Assembly: GCF_003019035.1 (NCBI RefSeq)
Contig: NZ_CP027447.1
DNA from: Escherichia coli
GTDB lineage: Bacteria; Pseudomonadota; Gammaproteobacteria; Enterobacterales; Enterobacteriaceae
Direction: 5' to 3' (one strand)
DNA length: 64,000 nucleotides
In this document: one piece after another, positions 58,103 through 64,000 of the stretch
Layout of the letters: the number at the start of each line of letters is the position of its first letter
Numbering within the stretch: the first letter of the stretch is position 1
Program-made: the position numbers and the translations under genes
The notes under the pieces: model-generated
Told to the model about the DNA's origin: nothing
What the model saw: only the letters and a program-made list of their open reading frames with translations
Database searches by the model: none

Positions 58103-58400
58103 CAAGTTTTCTCCTTTTTTATTACCACACAAAAAGTGATATTACGCATTTTTACACACTGTGATGAAAAAATCTCCCGTCATTTATAATGATAAGTGTT
58201 TTTACCACTTCCCCTTTTCGTCAAGATCGGCCAAAATTCCACGCTTACACTATTTGCGTACTGGCCATTGACCCCTTCCTGACGCTCCGTGTCGTTTTTC
58301 CGGCGTACCGCAACACTTTTGTTGTGCGTAAGGTGTGTAAAGGCAAACGTTTACCTTGCGATTTTGCAGGAGCTGAAGTTAGGGTCTGGAGTGAAATGGA

Positions 58401-59426
58401 ATGGCAACAATAAAAGATGTAGCGAAACGAGCAAACGTTTCCACTACAACTGTGTCACACGTGATCAACAAAACACGTTTCGTCGCTGAAGAAACGCGCA
58501 ACGCCGTGTGGGCAGCGATTAAAGAATTACACTACTCCCCTAGCGCGGTGGCGCGTAGCCTGAAGGTTAACCACACTAAGTCTATCGGTTTGCTGGCGAC
58601 CAGCAGCGAAGCGGCCTATTTTGCCGAGATCATTGAAGCGGTTGAAAAAAATTGCTTCCAGAAAGGTTACACCCTGATTCTGGGTAATGCGTGGAACAAT
58701 CTTGAGAAACAGCGGGCTTATCTGTCGATGATGGCGCAAAAACGCGTCGATGGTCTGCTGGTGATGTGTTCTGAGTACCCAGAGCCGTTGCTGGCGATGC
58801 TGGAAGAGTATCGCCATATCCCAATGGTGGTAATGGACTGGGGTGAAGCAAAAGCTGACTTCACCGATGCGGTCATTGATAACGCGTTCGAAGGCGGCTA
58901 CATGGCCGGGCGTTATCTGATTGAACGCGGTCACCGCGAAATCGGCGTTATCCCCGGCCCGCTGGAACGTAACACTGGCGCAGGCCGCCTTGCCGGTTTT
59001 ATGAAGGCGATGGAAGAAGCGATGATCAAGGTGCCGGAAAGCTGGATTGTACAGGGTGACTTTGAACCTGAATCCGGTTATCGCGCCATGCAGCAAATAC
59101 TGTCGCAGCCGCATCGCCCTACTGCCGTCTTCTGTGGTGGCGATATCATGGCAATGGGCGCACTTTGTGCTGCTGATGAAATGGGTCTGCGCGTGCCGCA
59201 GGATGTTTCGCTGATCGGTTATGATAACGTGCGCAACGCCCGCTATTTTACGCCGGCGCTGACCACGATCCATCAGCCAAAAGATTCGCTGGGTGAAACA
59301 GCGTTCAACATGCTGTTGGATCGTATCGTCAACAAACGTGAAGAACCGCAGTCCATTGAAGTGCATCCGCGCTTGATTGAACGCCGCTCCGTGGCTGACG
59401 GCCCGTTCCGCGACTATCGTCGTTAA
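58401..59426 (+). CDS. purR: Purine repressor (LacI family)
   Basis: 341 aa [33 protein letters not shown]... Confidence 0.95.
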
Positions 59427-60355
59427 TCACCCGTTGCGGGAGTCTCTTCCGGCTCCCGCAGCCACTCCTTATTCAGCGTCTCACTATCGCCGAGATACTC
59501 AAGCAACCAGGTTAACGCAGGCGACATATCATTTTGCTGCCATGTCAGACAACATGCCGAATCCGGAAAGGGGTTTTCCAGTTCTAATGCTACCCACTTC
59601 CCCTCATTAAGCCACGGTTTGGCGAAATGTGTTGGCACCATCCCTATGCATAATCCTGCCGAGATACAGGTTGCCGATGATTCCCAGTCAGGCACGACAA
59701 GTCTTTTTTGGTTATCCAGCAACCAGGTAATACGTTTAGGTAGCGTTCGCGAGGTGTCTTCGCGCACCAATGACGGCCAGTTGCGCAACGTATCATCGCT
59801 GAACGGGCCATCCATCAACGCCAGCGGGTGGTGACTGGCAACAACGCAACTCCAGCTTAGCATCCCCATATCCCGGAAGGCATAACGACCACCTACCGGA
59901 ATCGCGCGTGTTGCGCCAATCGCCAGTTCCACGCGCCCGTCGGAAAGCGCATCCCAGACACCATTGAACACTTCCTGAAAGACAAGAAGTTCGACATCAT
60001 CAAAATGGCGATAAAAATCAACGATCATCTGCCGTGTACGTTCTGGCCTGACAATATTATCCACTGCGATAGCTAACTGACCGCGCCAGCCGTTCGCTAT
60101 CTGCTGACATTGCTGCCGGGTGATCTGCATTTTTTTGACAACAGAGCGCCCTTCTTTGAGAAACCACGCCCCGGCAGCGGTCAGTTCCACATCACGGTGA
60201 CGTCGTTCAAACAGCGGCACCGCCAGCCACTCTTCCAGCTGACGCACGGTATAGCTGACCGCAGAAGGAACGCGATGCAACTCCTGTGCCGCAGCGCTAA
60301 AACTACCATTACGCGCTACCGCATCAACAACTTCGAGTGAATATTCTGACCACAT
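59423..60355 (-). CDS. punR: LysR-family transcriptional regulator PunR (YdhB)
   Basis: 310 aa with an N-terminal LysR HTH; divergent from punC. Confidence 0.85.
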
Positions 60356-60467
60356 AGTCTGCCTGCAAAATTTTTGAAACCAGTCATCAAATATTACCGT
60401 TTCACAACACTAATTTCACTCCCTACACTTTGCGGCGGTGTTTAATTGAGAGATTTAGAGAATATAC

Positions 60468-61679
60468 ATGCAACCTGGGAAAAGATTTTTAGTCTGGCTG
60501 GCGGGTTTGAGCGTACTCGGTTTTCTGGCAACCGATATGTATCTGCCTGCTTTCGCCGCCATACAGGCCGACCTGCAAACGCCTGCGTCTGCTGTCAGTG
60601 CCAGCCTTAGTCTGTTCCTTGCCGGTTTTGCCGCAGCCCAGCTTCTGTGGGGGCCGCTCTCCGACCGTTATGGTCGTAAACCGGTATTATTCATCGGCCT
60701 GACAATTTTTGCGTTAGGTAGTCTGGGGATGCTGTGGGTAGAAAACGCCGCTACGCTGCTGGTATTGCGTTTTGTACAGGCTGTAGGTGTCTGCGCCGCG
60801 GCGGTTATCTGGCAAGCGTTAGTGACGGATTATTATCCTTCACAGAAAGTTAACCGTATTTTTGCGACCATCATGCCGCTGGTGGGTCTATCTCCGGCAC
60901 TGGCTCCTCTGTTAGGAAGCTGGCTGCTGGTCCATTTTTCCTGGCAGGCGATTTTCGCCACCCTGTTTGCCATTACCGTGGTGCTGATTCTGCCTATTTT
61001 CTGGCTCAAACCCACGACGAAGGCCCGTAACAATAGTCAGGATGGTCTGACCTTTACCGACCTGCTACGTTCTAAAACCTATCGCGGCAACGTGCTGATA
61101 TATGCGGCCTGTTCAGCCAGTTTTTTTGCATGGCTGACCGGCTCACCGTTCATCCTTAGTGAAATGGGCTACAGCCCGGCAGTTATTGGTTTAAGTTATG
61201 TCCCGCAAACTATCGCGTTTCTGATTGGTGGTTATGGCTGTCGCGCCGCGCTGCAGAAATGGCAAGGCAAGCAGTTATTACCGTGGTTGCTGGTACTGTT
61301 TGCTGTCAGCGTCATTGCGACCTGGGCTGCGGGCTTCATTAGCCATGTGTCGCTGGTCGAAATCCTGATCCCATTCTGTGTGATGGCGATTGCCAACGGT
61401 GCGATCTACCCGATTGTTGTCGCCCAGGCGCTGCGTCCCTTCCCACATGCAACTGGTCGCGCCGCAGCGTTGCAGAACACTCTGCAACTGGGTCTGTGCT
61501 TCCTCGCAAGTCTGGTAGTTTCCTGGCTTATCAGTATCAGCACGCCATTGCTCACCACCACCAGCGTGATGTTATCAACAGTAGTGCTGGTCGCTCTGGG
61601 TTACATGATGCAACGTTGTGAAGAAGTTGGCTGCCAGAATCATGGCAATGCCGAAGTCGCTCATAGCGAATCACACTGA
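60468..61679 (+). CDS. punC: MFS transporter PunC (YdhC)
   Basis: 403 aa multi-TM protein. Confidence 0.85.
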   Translation: MQPGKRFLVWLAGLSVLGFLATDMYLPAFAAIQADLQTPASAVSASLSLFLAGFAAAQLLWGPLSDRYGRKPVLFIGLTIFALGSLGMLWVENAATLLVLRFVQAVGVCAAAVIWQALVTDYYPSQKVNRIFATIMPLVGLSPALAPLLGSWLLVHFSWQAIFATLFAITVVLILPIFWLKPTTKARNNSQDGLTFTDLLRSKTYRGNVLIYAACSASFFAWLTGSPFILSEMGYSPAVIGLSYVPQTIAFLIGGYGCRAALQKWQGKQLLPWLLVLFAVSVIATWAAGFISHVSLVEILIPFCVMAIANGAIYPIVVAQALRPFPHATGRAAALQNTLQLGLCFLASLVVSWLISISTPLLTTTSVMLSTVVLVALGYMMQRCEEVGCQNHGNAEVAHSESH

Positions 61680-61969
61680 TCTATATCGATATACTTATAC
61701 TTAGGCTGCTAACAAAATTTTGTTGTATGATTGAAATTAGCGGCCTATACTAATTTCGAGTTGTTAAAGCTACGATAAATATTATGTTTTTACGGGGACA
61801 GGATCGTTCCCGACTCACTATGGATGGTCATTTCGGCAAGGGTTCCTCCTTTCCCTCTGTTCTACGTCGGATTATAGACTCGCGGTTTTTTCTGCGAGAT
61901 TTCTCACAAAGCCCAAAAAGCGTCTACGCTGTTTTAAGGTTCTGATCACCGACCAGTGATGGAGAAACT

Positions 61970-63118
61970 ATGAGTTCATCGTGTATAGAAGAAGTCAGTG
62001 TACCGGATGACAACTGGTACCGTATCGCCAACGAATTACTTAGCCGTGCCGGTATAGCCATTAACGGTTCTGCCCCGGCGGATATTCGTGTCAAAAACCC
62101 CGATTTTTTTAAACGCGTTCTGCAGGAAGGATCGTTGGGGTTAGGCGAAAGTTATATGGATGGCTGGTGGGAATGTGACCGACTGGATATGTTTTTTAGC
62201 AAAGTCTTACGCGCAGGTCTCGAGAACCAACTCCCCCATCATTTCAAAGACACGCTGCGTATTGCCGGCGCTCGTCTCTTCAATCTGCAGAGTAAAAAAC
62301 GTGCCTGGATAGTCGGCAAAGAGCATTACGATTTGGGTAATGACTTGTTCAGCCGCATGCTTGATCCCTTCATGCAATATTCCTGTGCTTACTGGAAAGA
62401 TGCCGATAATCTGGAATCTGCCCAGCAGGCGAAGCTCAAAATGATTTGTGAAAAATTGCAGTTAAAACCAGGGATGCGCGTACTGGATATTGGCTGTGGC
62501 TGGGGCGGACTGGCGCACTACATGGCGTCTAATTATGACGTAAGCGTGGTCGGCGTAACCATTTCTGCCGAACAGCAAAAAATGGCTCAGGAACGCTGTG
62601 AAGGCCTGGATGTCACCATTTTGCTGCAAGATTATCGTGACCTGAACGACCAGTTTGACCGTATTGTTTCTGTGGGGATGTTCGAACACGTCGGACCGAA
62701 AAATTACGATACCTATTTTGCGGTGGTGGATCGTAATTTGAAACCGGAAGGTATATTCCTGCTCCATACCATCGGTTCGAAAAAAACCGATCTGAATGTT
62801 GATCCCTGGATTAATAAATATATTTTTCCGAACGGTTGCCTGCCCTCTGTACGCCAGATTGCTCAGTCCAGCGAACCCCACTTTGTGATGGAAGACTGGC
62901 ATAACTTCGGTGCTGATTACGATACTACGTTGATGGCGTGGTATGAACGTTTCCTCGCCGCATGGCCAGAAATTGCGGATAACTACAGTGAACGCTTTAA
63001 ACGGATGTTTACCTATTATCTGAATGCCTGTGCAGGTGCTTTCCGCGCACGTGATATTCAGCTCTGGCAGGTGGTGTTCTCTCGCGGAGTCGAAAACGGC
63101 CTTCGAGTCGCTCGCTAG
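61970..63118 (+). CDS. cfa: Cyclopropane-fatty-acyl-phospholipid synthase
   Basis: 382 aa with SAM-binding motif (VLDIGCGWGG). Confidence 0.9.
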   Translation: MSSSCIEEVSVPDDNWYRIANELLSRAGIAINGSAPADIRVKNPDFFKRVLQEGSLGLGESYMDGWWECDRLDMFFSKVLRAGLENQLPHHFKDTLRIAGARLFNLQSKKRAWIVGKEHYDLGNDLFSRMLDPFMQYSCAYWKDADNLESAQQAKLKMICEKLQLKPGMRVLDIGCGWGGLAHYMASNYDVSVVGVTISAEQQKMAQERCEGLDVTILLQDYRDLNDQFDRIVSVGMFEHVGPKNYDTYFAVVDRNLKPEGIFLLHTIGSKKTDLNVDPWINKYIFPNGCLPSVRQIAQSSEPHFVMEDWHNFGADYDTTLMAWYERFLAAWPEIADNYSERFKRMFTYYLNACAGAFRARDIQLWQVVFSRGVENGLRVAR

Positions 63119-63128
63119 AGGCTATTCT

Positions 63129-63151
63129 ATCGCCCCCGCTCCGGGGGCGAT
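63129..63151. terminator. Hairpin between convergent cfa and ribC
   Basis: ATCGCCCCCG-ctcc-GGGGGCGAT then TTTCAG. Confidence 0.6.
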
Positions 63152-63157
63152 TTCAGA

Positions 63158-63799
63158 TCAGGCTTCTGTACCTGGTTGATTCATGGCATTTTCTCGTGCC
63201 GCCAGCACACGTTCTACCGTATCAACCACTGCCTGAGTTTGTGGATCGATTTCAATGTTGACGCGTGCGCCAAGTTTTTTCTTCCCAAGAGTCGTGCGTT
63301 CCAGTGTTTCCGGAATTAAATGGACGCAAAAACGCGTTGGCGTGACTTCGCCGACGGTCAGGCTAATACCGTCGATGCCAATAAATCCTTTGTACAGGAT
63401 ATATTTCATCAACTGACTATCCTGGACTTTAAACCAGATCTGACGATTATTTTCCGAGGTTAATATTTTCGCTACTTCAGCGGTGGTCATAATATGACCT
63501 GACATTAAGTGTCCGCCAATTTCATCGCTGAATTTCGCCGCTCGCTCAACGTTTACCCAATCCCCCACTTTTAAATCGCCAAGATTAGTAATGCGTAACG
63601 TTTCTTTCATCAGGTCAAAACTGACATGGTTGCCGTTAATTTCCGTCACGGTCAGGCAGCAACCGTTATGCGCCACGGAAGCACCGGTTTCCAGACCGTC
63701 CAGCATGTGGTCGGGTAACTCCACCACATGCGTGCGAAAATTTGGTTTCTCGTCAATCGACACCAGTTTTGCGGTGCCCTGTACAATCCCCGTAAACAT
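63158..63799 (-). CDS. ribC: Riboflavin synthase
   Basis: 213 aa [29 protein letters not shown]... Confidence 0.9.
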   Translation of the reverse strand: MFTGIVQGTAKLVSIDEKPNFRTHVVELPDHMLDGLETGASVAHNGCCLTVTEINGNHVSFDLMKETLRITNLGDLKVGDWVNVERAAKFSDEIGGHLMSGHIMTTAEVAKILTSENNRQIWFKVQDSQLMKYILYKGFIGIDGISLTVGEVTPTRFCVHLIPETLERTTLGKKKLGARVNIEIDPQTQAVVDTVERVLAARENAMNQPGTEA

Positions 63800-64000
63800 A
63801 CTTACAACTCCTGAAATCAGTTAAGACATTCTGTTCAGCACAATAGCAGGTGGCAAACGCCCTTACCAGTGAAGGGGTAAGAATGGCTATTTTTTCACTG
63901 GAGAATTAATAAATCCTCGCTACAATAGACTGAATTTCCCCTGCTTCTTCTTTTTGCTGCCCATTCAGGCGGCTTTTTAGTCTCTCATATAACTACAAAT

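Overview
This window is an Escherichia coli chromosomal segment with a K-12-like backbone, interrupted at about 3001..40271 by a ~37.3 kb Mu-like transposable prophage inserted in the anmK-slyB intergenic region. Backbone genes, recognised from their translated sequences, are tyrS (5' part only), pdxH, mliC, anmK, then slyB, slyA, ydhI, ydhJ, ydhK, sodC, ydhF, ydhL, nemR, nemA, gloA, rnt, lhr, grxD, mepH, sodB, ydhP, ynhF, purR, punR, punC, cfa and ribC. The prophage has TG...CA termini, a 5-6 bp flanking direct repeat (A)ATCAA and imperfect terminal inverted repeats carrying GAGATAAAT-like motifs. Its late operon (lysis, head, contractile tail in Mu gene order) runs on the minus strand from ~28.2 kb to ~3.1 kb; a central module holds an XRE-type repressor, a Ner-like gene, a DDE transposase and an AAA+ transposition ATPase; the early operon (Gam-like, MazG-like, GemA-like, Mor-like and others) runs on the plus strand to ~39.9 kb. 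The most striking structure is a multi-site DNA inversion region at the tail-fibre locus: a Gin/Pin/Hin-family invertase, five copies of a ~215 bp repeat each starting with a hix/gix-like crossover site, five alternative fibre C-terminal cassettes and a single tail-fibre assembly gene. The best candidates for uncharacterised accessory functions are two orphan genes between the late operon and the repressor (a 141-aa Walker-A protein and a 173-aa coiled-coil/zinc-ribbon protein), a Dam-like methyltransferase beside them, and a terminator-insulated 3-TM membrane protein gene at the prophage end next to slyB. No rRNA, tRNA or CRISPR array was seen. All assignments come from reading the sequence and ORF translations against remembered protein families; no database search was run.
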